From Octopus vulgaris (Eukaryota): a stretch of DNA of 64,000 nt. The stretch is taken from assembly GCA_951406725.2 (NCBI GenBank), contig OX597830.1, positions 58,590,001-58,654,000 of the forward strand. Direction: 5' to 3'. The notes beneath the pieces are model-generated. The model was given only the letters and a program-made list of their open reading frames with translations, searched no databases and was not told the DNA's origin. Positions 41,107 through 56,775 of the stretch are shown piece after piece (within the stretch, counting starts at the first letter, position 1; every line of letters starts with the position of its first letter). A program made the position numbers and the translations under genes.

Positions 41107-42096
41107 AATATTGTTGCTTTGTAAATCTGGAATATTGTCACAATGTATAAAGAAAAACCAAATTAATATAATGATTTATAACAATAGGTCAATGAACCCA
41201 AGTCAGTTTATCCATCTCCAATGAAATCGTTCTCAACCTCCATATACTGGTCATCCGTCGGTTACGATCAACGGAACAGCCTGCTCCTGGAATTAACGTA
41301 CAAGCGGCTGAGCACTCCACAGACACGGATACCCTTAACGTAGTTCTCAGGGAGATTCAGCGAGGCACACAGAATGTGACAAAGCTGGCCCTCTGAAATG
41401 CAGGTACAGCTCATTTTTGCCAGCTGGGACTCAATGCGCTGCCGGGTATCGAACTCACTATCGTGAACTGAATACCCTAACCACTAAGCCACGTGCCTTC
41501 ACTACTTTTACACAGCTAAGAAAAGAAAGTTACTAGAAACCAAAAGAATTAGAGGTGATCGATATAAAAGTTCGGTTTGATTTCCACACGAGGGATTTGT
41601 TCGAAAGGACATTCACTCGAATACTTTCACAATAAAATTATGTCAGAGTCAACATCATTCTTGCTCTTGCCTCCTCAAATGGTGACTCTTGTTCATCTTA
41701 TTGTATTCAAGACAGAAATAGAGTGGAACAAATTTTTCATGGCTTTTCCCAGTTCTATGGGCGAAAGATTTAAGATCAGCAGTATGAACGTACGAAACAT
41801 TATTTATATCTTTGTCCCCGCTAATTACAGTGGTTAATTGCACATTCTATATCTGTTTGCGGTTAATTAGGTTGAACTAGTGAGAAGTTATTCTTTTTTG
41901 ATAAAAGATTTTTTATCAAAAATCGCTAGACTATAAAGAAGATGCTGGGAGAAGTGTTACACAGCTCAGCAAATTATTTCTCAGAATAATTAACTATATA
42001 GATGAGACAGTTCAATAACCGGGTATTAAGTTCGACCATTTGTGCACTTAAAAAGTAAAATTTAAAACATATTTACTTTGGAAATGCAATACTCAC

Positions 42097-42166
42097 CTGC
42101 CATGACAAAACCAGGGTGATGAATGTATTTAGAAACCTCAGATACATGTGTGTCAGGACCATAGTT
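42097..42166 (-). CDS. S1 serine protease exon
   Basis: ttttcacag acceptor, gtgagt donor, 70 nt, phase 0 to 1: NYGPDTHVSEVSKYIHHPGFVMA (the V..i..HP.f motif). Confidence 0.92.
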
Positions 42167-43375
42167 CTGTGAAAAGATATTTACATTGTATTATATAAAC
42201 ATTTAAGAGTGACATAATACGGCAACATGAATGATCGCATGGAGTAATTACTGGTCTCTAAGGCGTATTAGAATTTTTAGCGTTTCACAGGATATTCATA
42301 TGATTAATAAAAAGTTTATTTCTAAGTATTTCTTCAAATATTTATATTGCTTAAATTAGTGGCTACTGTTGAACTTCAAAATAGCCTGCAGATGTCGTTT
42401 CTGACCGGTATATTAATCAAATTACTGTATTATTCATCATATAATGCATAATGTTAAGAATATACGGGGGGGGGGGTGAGGAGTATTTAAGGACATCCAA
42501 TTATCAGCTTATTACCGTCTTTGAACAAATTAAAAGTTAAAAAAGAATTTTAATGACAGATAATATGAGAACAGAAGAAATGAAAAGACATGTAGTCATT
42601 ATCGCCAAATCTGTGGAATCCAGCGATTTAGAAATCACTATCTTTCTAAATGCTGCAAGATCTTTTGTTCACAAATTTCAGGTGAAACTAGAAGACATAG
42701 AAAAGCGTTATTAGGGCAAATGAACACCTCAAATGCTAGCAGACTGTTGTCGAATTGCAGACGAACGCTCTTGGTATCTTTTTTCTTCTTCTTTTACCAC
42801 AGACAAAATAACTTTGAAAGTGAATGGTTATACCTTTCACAACATTTAATAAAATGTTGTGTATCATATCAGATTCTTTTATACAACCCCCCCACCGATA
42901 CAAAGCAAAACAAAACAAAAAGAAACTAGTTTGGTCTTGTTACATGTCGTTAGTTGTTATCAATGATCTTTATAATATCCTTTATATAAATTTTGGAAAA
43001 TGTCCAAGTACGACACAATCTTGTATTTCAAAACAATTTCCAAATATTGAAAAATTGGTATCATCTTCGGAATAATGACCAAAGATCTTGAAGAACTGGA
43101 CACATTCATACCCTAGGATAGCAAGCAAATTAACTTGATTGAAGAGTTGTTTAGTCGACGTAAGTTAAAGGAGGAAATCAAAAGCATAATTTTGTCACTT
43201 AAAAACTTTAAACCAATCTAGAAAAATAATTATTTTTGTAAGCTTCGAACCGGAGTTAAAAAATAACGAGAACAAAAATAAAACAAACGACTGGCTTCGT
43301 ATTCAATATGTTCGTCTGTTAATCAGCCAAACCCTGAATAAGTGAAAACAGAAGAAACATAGAAAAAGAAATTAC

Positions 43376-43436
43376 CTCGATGTCCACGCTTCCAATTACA
43401 AGCTTCAGGTTATTTATCGAAAATAATTTGTTGTTT
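43376..43436 (-). CDS. S1 serine protease exon
   Basis: tttcag acceptor, gtaat donor, 61 nt, phase 2 to 0, in frame with its neighbours: (K)NNKLFSINNLKLVIGSVDIE. Confidence 0.88.
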
Positions 43437-43470
43437 CTGAAATGTATAAATATGTAGGACGTGCAATATG

Positions 43471-43583
<113 letters not shown>

Positions 43584-43682
43584 GGGAGAAAGAAAGAAAG
43601 AGAAAGAGGAAAAACAGACGTTGAAAATGCACTGAGAATAATAATAAATATAATAATATATTATTATTATTATTATTATTAT

Positions 43683-45082
43683 TCAGTAGTTTTATTTTCA
43701 TAGTGTGCTTTCACTTCACTATCGAGCGCAGCTCTGTGTGCCTTGGGTATGTGCTGTGATTTGTTGTGATGCTCTGATAGTTATTGTATGGAAAGTGTTC
43801 TGCGTAGGATGTGTGCAGTGCCTAGTAGTGCAATTTTCTGTATGTTATATATGTTTGTAAGTCCTGGTGTTTTTGTTATGTATTTGTTTGAATATTTTTT
43901 TATCATGCCTAATGTACCTACTATGATAGGAATTGTTTTTGTTTTTAGATTCCACATTCTGGTTACCTCTATTTCCAGGTCTTTGTATTTTGAAAGTTTC
44001 TCCATTTCTTTTAGAGACACATTGTCATCCGCTGGTATTGATACATCAATTAGAAAGCATTTTTTTTTCTTCATGATCTCTGACAACTATATCTGGTCTG
44101 TTGGCCTTAATTTCTCTATCTGTGTGTATCGGCATATCCCAGAGTATGGTTGCTTTCTCGTTTTCTGTGACCTTTTCTGGTGTGTGCCTATACCATCTTT
44201 TTTCTGTTGTTATTCCATAATGTTGGCATAGCTTCCAGTGTATGTAGGTTCCAACTCTGTCATGTCTGTGAATATATTCCTTCTTAGCCAGGACTGGGCA
44301 GCCAGAGATAATATGATTTATTGTTTCTTGTCCATCTCCACATATTCTGCAGTTACTTGTTATATTTCTTTTCATTACATGTTTTTGGTAATTTCTGGAA
44401 GGACGCTTTGGTCTTGTGTTGCAATTAAAAATCCCTCTGTTTCTGCTTTGAGTCCTGAGCTTCTCAACCATTGCTGGGATTTTTCCTTGTCTATTTCTTT
44501 TGCATTTAGTTTAGTCCAGTATTTACCACGAAGGGGCTTTTCTTGCCATCGTTTTATCATGGCTCGTTGCTGTTCTATTTTTAGTTTGGATTTCATTTGT
44601 TTTATAGCTTTTGTTGTTTCTTCATCATCTTCTTCTTCTTCTTCTTCTTCTTCTTCTTCTTCTTCTTCTTCTTCTTCTTCTTCTTCTTCTTCTTCTTCTT
44701 CTTCTTCTTCTTCTTCATATTTATTAGGTGGTATGATTTCTTGTTTGTATTTGTCAGCTTCCTTAAATACTGAGAACAGTTTTTTGTTTTGCTCGTGTTT
44801 TGCCGCTATCTGGATCAGTTTTCCTTCCTTCTGAAGTAGATATATTTGCAATCCTGGTTATTTTATAGTAGTTTTCCAGCTGTATAAGGCCTCTACCACC
44901 TTCTATACGTTGTATATATAGTCTTTCTATGTCAGATTTTGGGTGATGCATCCTAGATCCTGTCATTATTTTTCTTGTTTTCCTATCTATTTTGGTCAGT
45001 TCATTTAGTGTCCAGTTAAGGATATTGTTGCTGCAGCTTATAACTGGGACAGCTAAAGTGTTAATCCCTATTGTCTTGTTTT
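43683..45082 (-). mobile_element. R4/Dong-type LINE, 5'-truncated, inside an (ATT)n array
   Basis: MHHPKSDIERLY..GGRGL, CRICGDGQETINHIISGC, HRHD, NRPDIVV, EKLSKYKDL, LGTAHILRR; (TTA)n on both sides. Confidence 0.92.
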
Positions 45083-46630
<1,548 letters not shown>

Positions 46631-46665
46631 AAATAACTTTGTTTTCTCTCTCTCTCTCTTTCTTC

Positions 46666-46745
<80 letters not shown>

Positions 46746-48352
46746 ATTCTAGTCTGACACTGTAAATGAAAAGATGTGGCGGGATTGGCTCTATCCGCTA
46801 ATACACTGACTTAGAACTTGTTGGCTTCCTGAATTTGCCTGGGTTCATTGTGTTTGGAATAGGGGAAAATCTACAGATCTGTGCGGAGATGTGTACACTA
46901 CGGTGAGATGAAAGAATCCTTCTCAGCAGTGAGGCATCACCAGGACTGCCGAGTCTGTCCAGCAGCTCTACGGCATCATCAACAACGACTCCAACAGCTC
47001 GATGAGAGTCATCACTGAGAAGCTGAAGATGGTGAAGTCCACTGTCAGACTAATGCTGCGCGAGGACATCAGATACAAGCATAGGTAATAAGTAGAGGGT
47101 AGTTAGTGTCTAGCAAGAGCTGAGAAAATCATGTGATCCGGTTGAAAAACCTATATATTCATATCATCTCAACTGATTGTTCTCGTTGTGAAGTTTTCAT
47201 GGAGCAAAAGGAGAAAGTGTGTATTTCTTCAACAGTCGAGTAATTGTGTGTTAGAAAAAGAGAGGAGGTAAATTTAGACCAAAAGGCATGAGAAAGCTGA
47301 GTTCCCTCCGGAAGCGAGCGTTGAGAGATTCGATGTTTGAAGCGAAACCGAAGACCGGGAGGTGTTGGGTAAAGCGGTTAGTAGAGCAGAAGTGTCGAGA
47401 GACAGGTGATCTGTTGTCAGACATACATACTTGCTTACTTACTTGATCTCTCCTGATAGAATCGCAAAAGCAACGTTTTGTTGTGCATCACTATGCTCCA
47501 TCATGGGCTCTCTGCTGAGGTTTTGCTTCTCCATTCCTTGATGTATTTCACCCTTTCGTCTGTCAGCTTTTCCTTCTTCCAACCCCTACAGTTTCTTTAC
47601 TAATCTACTGGAACTTGTCACATAGTTATACCTGCAGTTATTCTTCGTTGTGAAGTTATCATGGTGGCTATGTCATAATGGATGGTTTCACGCCGCTGCT
47701 CGCTTATGGTATGATCCGAACGTAATATGCCTGAGACACTAGTGGAACATCTAATATCTAATGATTATCTTATCTTTGAATTTCCTCAGAGAGATATGGA
47801 AACACACACACACACATACACACACACACATGCACATACACATACACACACACACACACGCATATAGTTATGAGGGATATACGGACCTGATCGAAAATAT
47901 TTTAACTTCATGAGTCAATGCAATCATTAACAATTAGTAGCTTATAAGAGAAACTGGTTGGATTATTTTTTTATCCAATCACCTCAGGATATCAGTGATT
48001 GATATTTTTTAAATAGCTACTATTAAAGTCAAAGCTAATGTTAATTGTTATTGGAATTAAAGTTGATATTGTTAAGAGGTTATCATTTGTTGACTTTCTG
48101 TCAAGCTGGTCCTTCGATGAAGACGTATTTATTTTTTCTTCGATGAAGACGTATTTAACCAGCTGCTGCAATAGATTATTTTTTATTTTTTTTTTTTTTA
48201 GTTCATAACTCTTTTTAAAGCCACCAAATTTGCACGACTCAAATGTTAACTGATCGAAAATGCTCGATTATAACTTCACAGAAATATGGTGCTGTTGAAG
48301 AATGGCGAATACTCCAGAGAAAAACACCTTGCAATCTACGTTTATACCGTTC

Positions 48353-48732
48353 GTGGAGGCGCAATGGCTCAGTGGTTAGGACAGCAGACTCGGGGTCGTA
48401 GGATTGCGGTTTCGATTCCTAGACAGGGCGTTGTGAGTGTTTATTGAGCGGAAACACCTAAAGCTCTACGAGGCTCCGGCAGGAGGTGTTGGCGAATCCT
48501 GCTGTATTCCTTCATCACAACTTTTTCTCACTTTTTCTTCCTGTTTCTGTGGCACCTGTATTTCAAAGGGCCAGCCCTGTCACACTCTGTGTCACGCTGA
48601 ATCTCCCCGAGAACTTCGTTAAGGGTACACGCGTCTGTGGAGTGCTCAGTCACTTGCACGTTAATTTCACGAGCAGGCTGTTCCGTTGATCGGATTAACT
48701 GGAACCTCATCGTCGTAACCGACGAAGTGCCA
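48353..48732 (+). mobile_element. SINE family C-related (alternative tail)
   Basis: tRNA-like head; tail cgttgatcggattaactggaacc..cgtaaccgacg. Relatives on - at 2790-3090, 41255-41502, 51990-52222 and 55522-55833. Confidence 0.8.
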
Positions 48733-49230
48733 CGATATACCGTTTATTCAACTTGTGTCGTAAATGTCCTTCAGAATGATGTGGACGGCGTATCTTCCCA
48801 TGAAGAAAGAAACGCTGTGATATTTTAAAATAGTTTCTTTCTTAGTTTCGTACATGCTTAAGCAGGTTTTGCATTGACGACAGAAATGACATCTTCAGAT
48901 AAAATAATAACTTGTACTTTATAATAAGAGGGAAGATCTCGGCACGGAAAAACTTCGATACGATTTCAGTCCCTCATAAGAAAAGGCACAATATATTATA
49001 ACCTTCCTGCCTAAAACAGAAAGTAAGGTTTTATTATATCGTGAAAAAGAAGCCAATAAAAAATAAAAAAACGTCGAGAAAAAAAGTGACTCGTTGTACA
49101 AAATGACAATATTAATCAAAATGCTTCTTCTTCTTCTTCTTCTTCTTCTTCTTCTTCTTCTTCTTCTTCTTCTTCTTCTTCTTCTTCTTCTTCTTCTTCT
49201 TCTTCTTCTTCTTCTTCTTCTTCTAAATAT

Positions 49231-49412
49231 CTTTTCTACTCTAGGTACAAGGCCCGAAATTTTGGGGGAGGGGTTCCGTCGATTAGATCGACCCCAGTAC
49301 GCAACCGGTACTTAATTTATCGACTCCGAAAGGATGAAATCAAAGTCGACCTCAGCAGAATTTGAACTCAGAACGTAAAAACAGACGAAATACCCGGAAC
49401 ACTAACGTTTCT
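49231..49412 (-). mobile_element. SINE family A
   Basis: Reverse-complement copy next to (CTT)n. Confidence 0.85.
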
Positions 49413-50099
49413 GCCTTGCTTCTTCCAAATATCGTTGAGTGGAAACTAACATGGCTTATGCAGCTAGAAAATATTTAAACAATTAAAATCTACCCGTAAT
49501 GAAGAGATCGTGTCGATAATTCTTAACAAGAAAGGTAAAAAAAAAACTCCGATATCTAAACTGATCCAAAATTGGATGAAAACATGTAGTAGGAAGCGAG
49601 TCACATGTTTGGCAAGTAGGGGAACAACCCAGAGGATGTTTGGGTCTAGAACATTTCAGTGCAACGTAATAGGTAAAGGGTAAAGATCTCCTTTGGTCAT
49701 GAATGACCATGGGATTGCATCAAAAAAGTTCCCTTCCGAGGCACAAGTCCGAGCAGGGTTGTCTATGGAAGATCGGCAGTCACCCCTACATACCAGTATC
49801 CCCTCTCCACGCCACTGATATTATCTAAGGGAAAGGCAATGGCCGATATAGAATGGCACCAGTGACGTCACAACTCATTTCTAAAGCTGAGTGAACTGGA
49901 GCAACGTGAAATAAAGTGTCTTGCTCAAGAACACAACACACAGCCCAGTCTGGGAATCGAACTTACAACCTCACGATTATGAGGTCGACGCTCAAACCTA
50001 TGAGACGTTAGGATGATTGAGAGGATAAGAATTTAGTTGTAACAACATTCATTGATTTGCTGATTAGGCAATTAGAAATAATGACATGTATTATCATTA

Positions 50100-50200
50100 A
50101 CTGAAACAAACCAATTATCTGAAACCAATTAAACTGAAACCAATTAAACTGAAACCAATTAAACTGAAACCAATTAAACAAACCAGTTAAACTGAAACAA
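50100..50200. repeat. 15-bp minisatellite (ctgaaaccaattaaa)
   Basis: About 4-6 imperfect tandem copies. Confidence 0.85.
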
Positions 50201-51711
50201 ACCAGTTGCAATCAAGTTACTTATTACTGTGTTTCCTCTTGATTTTAAGAGTAAAAGACTAAATGGAATATTCTGGCGTTTGTTCTTCTTCGAGGGAATT
50301 TGGCAGCGTAAGTGAAAGAATGTCGCCAACGGGAGATGAATCTATATCATGATGCAGTTTATTCAAAAGACTTACCATTATCCAGGAAGCTTGGTGTCAA
50401 GGAATTATAATCTTCCTCGTCTATTTATCATGTTTCTCTTTTGTAGAAGGGAAAAAGCGATTCCGTATGAAATTGCTTGTTCGTGGTTTATGAGTTTAAA
50501 TGCGCATCTAATATTTCGTAGTCTTACTGGATAAAAAAAAAAACCTTCTCAATTCATTTAGCTCTTGAAATTAGATTCCAGATTATCTGGAAACAGACTA
50601 GTGATAGACTAGCGTTCTCTCTTCGGCTGTATGCCGTGAAAACAGAGTTAAGTTCGGACTGTATGAAACGGAAAGAAAATTATTTGCCTGTTTGTATCTT
50701 TCATTATCTCTATCCCTTCTTTTTCTTTCTTTGATTATGTATCCTTCTCTTTGAGTCTTAGATTATTAATATTCCTATCATTCCTGCTAATCTCCTTGAA
50801 AGTTTCATATTTAAAGGAGAATAAAAATGAAGTGCAATGGCTACAATCAAGAATCTTTATGCAACCACGACCGTTCTCATCTTCCGTAATGCTTCATTCT
50901 ATAATTGATTCTGTTGATTGGGCATAACACCACAGGTTCATAGAAAACTTAGTAACATAATAAATATAGACTTGGAATTATATATCACAGATGATTCAAT
51001 ACATATCTTTGCGTGACACTCATTATTTCTGGTAATCGAAAGCACCTGTAAACTCGGGGCCATACTATTCACCTGTTTATTGTAAAGAAACACAACGGAA
51101 AAAATAAAACAACGACAAAAAGAAAACAAAAAACAAGTTTCGCTATTATTTTCATCATTGCATTGACCCAAATTGTTGAAATATTTCCGACCCGGTTCAT
51201 ATAGTTTTCATTAACTGTTTTGTTAAGGTTACTTCTACAGATAAACTATAGAAATTATATCCAGCCTTGATTTTTGTTACAGCATTTCGTAACGAGACGT
51301 CTCGATACGAAACGATGTAGCAAAAATCAGGGCTGGCTATAATTTTAGTACTGGCAAAATACTGTAAAAAAACACTGCTAACACAGTGGGATGTGTTATA
51401 AAAAAAACGTTTAATATACTTTATAGTATATTATGGTTGCATAGGGAGATAACACGTGACCACAAGCCTTATGATTTGTAGGTTAGTCTTCATAAACTAT
51501 CAGTTAATACAAAATCCCAGACAGCCACACCTCGAATTTATATTCACCTTGAATACATGACGGACATCACAGGAAAAGAAAGAAAGGGTGAGATGATGAA
51601 AAGAAGAGTTGATGAAAAGAAGAGTTAATGCAAGTTGATATAATGAGATGTGTGGTGTTGTAAACAAGAGTGAAAGAGTCACTATCTCTTAATTTTATTT
51701 ATTTATTTAAG

Positions 51712-51952
51712 CGCCCTTTTCAAGCCTAGCCAGGCTCATGGGCCCGGTTTCCTGGTTTCTATGGCGTATGTGTTCCCCAGCTGGACTGGACGCCAGTCTA
51801 TCGCAGCGTTACTCATTTTTGCCAACCGAGTGGACTGGAGCAACGTGAAATGAAGTGTTTTGCTCAAGAACACAACGCGTCGCCCGGTTCAGGAATCGAA
51901 ACCACAATCTTACAATCATGATGCTGACACCCTAACCACTAAGCCACACGCC
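51712..51952 (-). mobile_element. SINE family C-related (third tail type)
   Basis: Shared head and body with a different 3' tail ending in (AAAT)n. Confidence 0.7.
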
Positions 51953-52578
51953 CCCCCATTGTCACTTAATACGTAAAGGATTTAACTGGTACTCGGTCGG
52001 TTACGATGAAGAAGGTTCCAGCTGATTCGATCAGCAGAACAGCCTGCAAGTGGCTGAGTACTCCACAGACACGTGTACCCCTAATGTAGTTCTCAGGGAG
52101 ATTCAGCGTGACACAGAATGAAATACTGGTAGAACTCATTTTTGCCAGCTGCGTGGAGTGAATCGAACTCACAGCCTTGCGATCGTGAGCCGAGTATCCT
52201 AAACACTAAGCCATGGGCCTTCAGCAACGATTTAAACAAGTCTTCCATGAATGAGTCAGGAGAGTAAGAAAAAATTTCCTCTGCCGTGAATTCAGGGAAT
52301 TTCATAAACAGTCTACTTTCCAAATATCGAAGAAGTCAAGTCACACAAATCAGTCGTAACTCTAAAGCTTAATCTTCTTTTTCTTTTTCAATACATCAGT
52401 TGAGAACAAAGCTTGTTTATAGCTGTGTTCTCTGTCACGCCACACATTGGCTAATCATATTGTCACTGGCGCGATGATCTGCCCATAGCAAAGTCATTCA
52501 AATCCCGAATGACCGTTTAGCGTTTTACCGGTCTGTTAATGTTTCTGCCAGCTCGCCGCTTGAACGGTATTTTCTATA

Positions 52579-53091
52579 TCTATATATATAAAACTGTAGT
52601 TGTGTGAGTGTCTGTCCCCTTCGATTTAGATTCCTAACTACTCCCACATTTTGCGGTGCAGTTTAACCAAATTCAGGTATCTTATAGTCGTGATTAATAT
52701 CGAGCCCGTCTGGGTATTAGTGCGCGTCTACGATGAGTCTACGATTTTAAAAATAATTTAACATCATTTTTTATTCCATTTTAATACATAATTTTTCGTG
52801 TGTCGATGGCTGCGGAGTTGGCGTCCATGGTCACACCTGCACCTGTTTGCTTCTCCCCCTTCTTCCCTCTCTCGTGAAGCTGTGGGGAAGGGAGTGTAAG
52901 GAAATCAACGTCGTAAAGCGTTGTCAAGGAGACCAGCGTTCTTTTAGAACAACGACTTCATGGCTTGAAGACACCAAAACAGAAATGGCTAAGAAAGCCC
53001 GAATTGGCATCTATAAGGGAAGTAACTCTCTAAAAATGCTTATATAGTTATTTCCCTTACAAACCCGAGCAACGCCGGGCGATACTACTAG
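52579..53091 (+). mobile_element. Non-autonomous Helitron
   Basis: 5' TC after A, 3' GC-rich hairpin (cccgagcaacgccggg) then CTAG before T; no TSD. Confidence 0.8.
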
Positions 53092-53441
53092 TTAATAATA
53101 ATAATTTTTGACAAAACTATGATTAAAAAAATTGAGGAGGAGACATTGCTATTAATACTAAGTTCGGTATTTGATTGATGTTTATTTTACCGATCGTAGT
53201 TAGGTAAGTAGCAAATTCTTATAATCTATTCTTTAATAATAATTTTGTCAACCTAATACCTACTTTATTGACCTTGGTAGAGTGTAAGTAAAAAAAAATT
53301 AATTTCAGTGGAATTTGATTTCAGAAAGTACAATGACACAACTAAATACCAGAAGGCATTCGTCCATTCATCAATTCTGACGAGCCATCGCCCCAAAGAC
53401 AACAAAAATAACGACAACAAAGAGAACAATATTTAACTTAC

Positions 53442-53616
53442 TTTTCATTGACATAAAGACAATGTGCCGCTGTGAGGACCCAATATTTAGTAATAAGCAT
53501 GCCTCCACAGTTGAATGCTTTCCGTTTGTGTTTCGCAGTAATGGAGACCATCCATGGCCAACGACCTTCCTCAGAGAGTTTGCCATCGACAATAACTGGG
53601 CTGGTCTCGACTTTCT
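53442..53616 (-). CDS. S1 serine protease, exon with activation site and catalytic His
   Basis: ttttcag acceptor and gtaagt donor on the - strand; (x)KVETSPV|IVDGKLSEEGRWPWMVSI...FNCGGMLITKYWVLTAAHCLYVNE(K). Phase 1 in, phase 2 out. Confidence 0.95.
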
Positions 53617-55882
53617 CTGAAAATATTGGCTTCGCATTCAGTTTAGCATTTACAATTATATACAAATAAACACATTAAAATATTTATTTAAATCGTTATA
53701 TGATTTTGGTAGGGGACTAATCGCAACCATACATACATACATTTCAAAATTTAAATCTTGAAGTTAGCTTTAATCATAAAATTACATCTTTCAACTGTTA
53801 AAAGCATTTTGAATTTTTTTCTGTTTGGCAGCCATTTTTCAATTTTTTCAATTTCTGTTCCAATTGATTTCATATTTGATGTAATGATGTACTTTTGTAT
53901 GTTAATCATTGACATAAAATCCATTTTCATTATAAATCAATAAGTAAGGAGTTAATAGCTTTTAAATTTTCAAGTTTTGGGTAATTTTAGCCACAAACAT
54001 TCATGCATGTCTCCATAGTAACAAGCTAAGCATGAGAACTCCTTTGTCTGCGAGAAAGCACATGTTCACAAATATCTATTTACTCATTGAGGTAGTTGTG
54101 AGATGTGCTAAACATAACAGCTTAAGTTGGCCTTAAATCACGCACCCCAACTTTTTTGTTTTTGTGTTTGCATAATCTTATGAATTCCCGTTTCTAGAAT
54201 ACAAATTCGTTAAAATTTTCTGAAAGTTTCAAAAAGTAAAAAAAGTTATGAGGGTTTATAAGGCGTGCGAAAAGCAGAATCCTGCCGATATTTCATTCGT
54301 TTACAGTTGACAACATGTGCTGTCACGCACAAAATGACAGCTTCCAAATCTTGTTTTCTGACAGGGTAAAAATGAGCAAACTTTAAGCCTCTATAACTTT
54401 CTTTTAAAAAAGTTTCTGGGAAAAGTGAAATACCTCCTGAGATTTAGCGTGGAAAATTACATGAATACAATTAATAAAATGTTCAATAAACTTTGAAATT
54501 TCCACATGTGTAGAAAAGATCCGCTAAAGAGAATAGTCTATGTTGAGTTTTTAGACTCAGTCGAGTTTCCTTAATTTCATATCATGTGGCATTTTCCCAT
54601 GATCCTCTTTCATTTGACCAAAATATTGAAAATTTCTGTCGCATTCCTGATCTTTCTGATGTCTAAGGATTAATGTTTATGTGAATGAATCTTTTATAAA
54701 ATGTAATTTTGGAAAACTAGCAAATTTACCTTATCTTGTTTTACTCATTTTGCCCCGTCTAAATGTGTCTTTTCCATGCTCAAAGGGAACGGCGATAATT
54801 TTCTGAAACTGTGTTCTGAATATGTCATAGTTTTTACTACATTTAGAGGTCTTTGTTTAGCTGATATAATTTTCACAAGGTAGTAAACATTTGTAAAACG
54901 TTTTTTCTCCAAAGTAAAAAAAGTGCAGTAAAAATAAGTCATTGTGCAACACCTCACCACCTCCTGGGAACTGGAAAAGTAGACTTTCGGAAATAGCTGT
55001 TTGAATTTCCCCGTTTTTGTTGGGATTCCCCCACCCCCACTTATTTTTCGCGCAATGCAAAACGATAAAGGGAAGTCATTTTAAAAGAAGAATTTTAAAA
55101 ATTCACGTCTTTTAAATATTGGTATATCCACCCACCCCCTCACACACAAATACACACACACACACGCACGCAACAACCACTAAAATAATTTTTTTGTCTT
55201 TTCGTAATTTTCTGTCGTTTCATCGTATTCTCCATTCTGAAATATTTGTAACTCGCATTAAAAATCAAAAGAAACATCTTACTTCCGCTTCCCTCCATCG
55301 TTATACTTTTCCCAATGAAGGAAAAGTCAAACACCACAACTCGATGCGTGAACAAACGACATTTGGCTTTTGCAAAGTATATCTGTAAAACGACATTTTT
55401 AGTCATTGATTTCAGCCTTTTCTGCTAATTCATCAAATTCAATTATTTGAAATAGACGGGTTTTGAGATTTAATTTGATAATTTTCTAAGATTTAAAATC
55501 TTGTTTTTTTTTAAAAAAAGGAGCACTCCGTCGGTTACGACGACGAAGTTCCCAGCTGATCCGATCAACGGAAGAGCTTGCTCGTGAAATTAACGTGCAA
55601 GTGACTGAGTATTCCACAGACAGGTGTGCCTTTAACGTAGTTCCGAGTGAGATTCAGCGGGACACAGAGTGTGACAATGCAGGCCCCTTGAAATACAGGT
55701 ACTACTAATTTTTGCCAGCTGAGTGGACTCGAGCAACGTGAAATAAAGTGTCTTGCTCAAGGACACAACGCGTCGCCGGGAATCGAACGCACGACAATAC
55801 GATCATGAGCCGAATGCCCTAACCACTAAGCCCACTTGAAGTGGCCCAGACCCCACCCACAGTTTAAATCCGGTTCTACATA

Positions 55883-55925
<43 letters not shown>

Positions 55926-56295
55926 ATTCAATGTATATCTTAATGAATATAGAGCTTTAGGCTTTTATCGCTTTGTCTGAAGAAAAGGTGGTTTCAATTT
56001 GGTTTCTCTCTTTGCTCAGACCTTCAGAGAAAGAATACCAACGTTTTATACGAATAAAGATGGTCAATCTAATTAGTGTTAAAACATTTGGTGTTGCATT
56101 GATATTTGTATCTTTTCTTTATCCCCTTTTTTGCTTTACTTTTATAAAATGTATTCCACTAACTAATTAATTAATTAGTACATTACACATCAGTTATATG
56201 TAATTAAAAAAATATTATTATTATTATTCAGGTCGCTGCTTGGAATTGAACTCGGAATCTTGGGGTTAGTAGCCCGCCCCCTTAACCACTACGCA

Positions 56296-56702
56296 TACCA
56301 GGCAGTGGCTCTCGTGGCTTCTGATCTTAATGATTGGAAGTGTTATCATGTACATTGTTTTGTTTTGGTATAAAAGATGGGTTACAGCAAATATTCTGCT
56401 CAATACCACAGATTTGCTTGTCAGTTGTTTGACCGTAACCAGTTGAGCACGTCCCTTGGTGGCTGACGATATGTGCATCTCTTATCACGAGCAGAAGTAG
56501 TGGGGGAGCATCGTATCCATGTGTTGAGAGGGATTCTTTGGGGTTTGGATAAATCACCTTTGGCAACATGGGTGTTTCGTTCAGCATCCTTAAACAACCC
56601 TTATGGTGTACCCTTATCAGACGGGTAGTTATGACGGGTATACTGGGCTTCGTATATTTTACCCCAGTGTCACTTTGATGGCATGCACTGCTCTCTCACT
56701 CA
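56296..56702 (+). mobile_element. Family D repeat, second copy
   Basis: Homologous to 28474-29012; preceded by an antisense tRNA-like SINE head at about 56230-56295. Confidence 0.8.
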
Positions 56703-56708
56703 ATAATA

Positions 56709-56775
<67 letters not shown>

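Noticed and set aside
54730-54758. Possible protease exon (ag...gtaaa on the - strand)
   Set aside because: Stop codons in all three frames.
53700-55470. DNA transposon-like stretch with patchy inverted repeats
   Set aside because: Could not define termini, TSD or a coding motif by eye.
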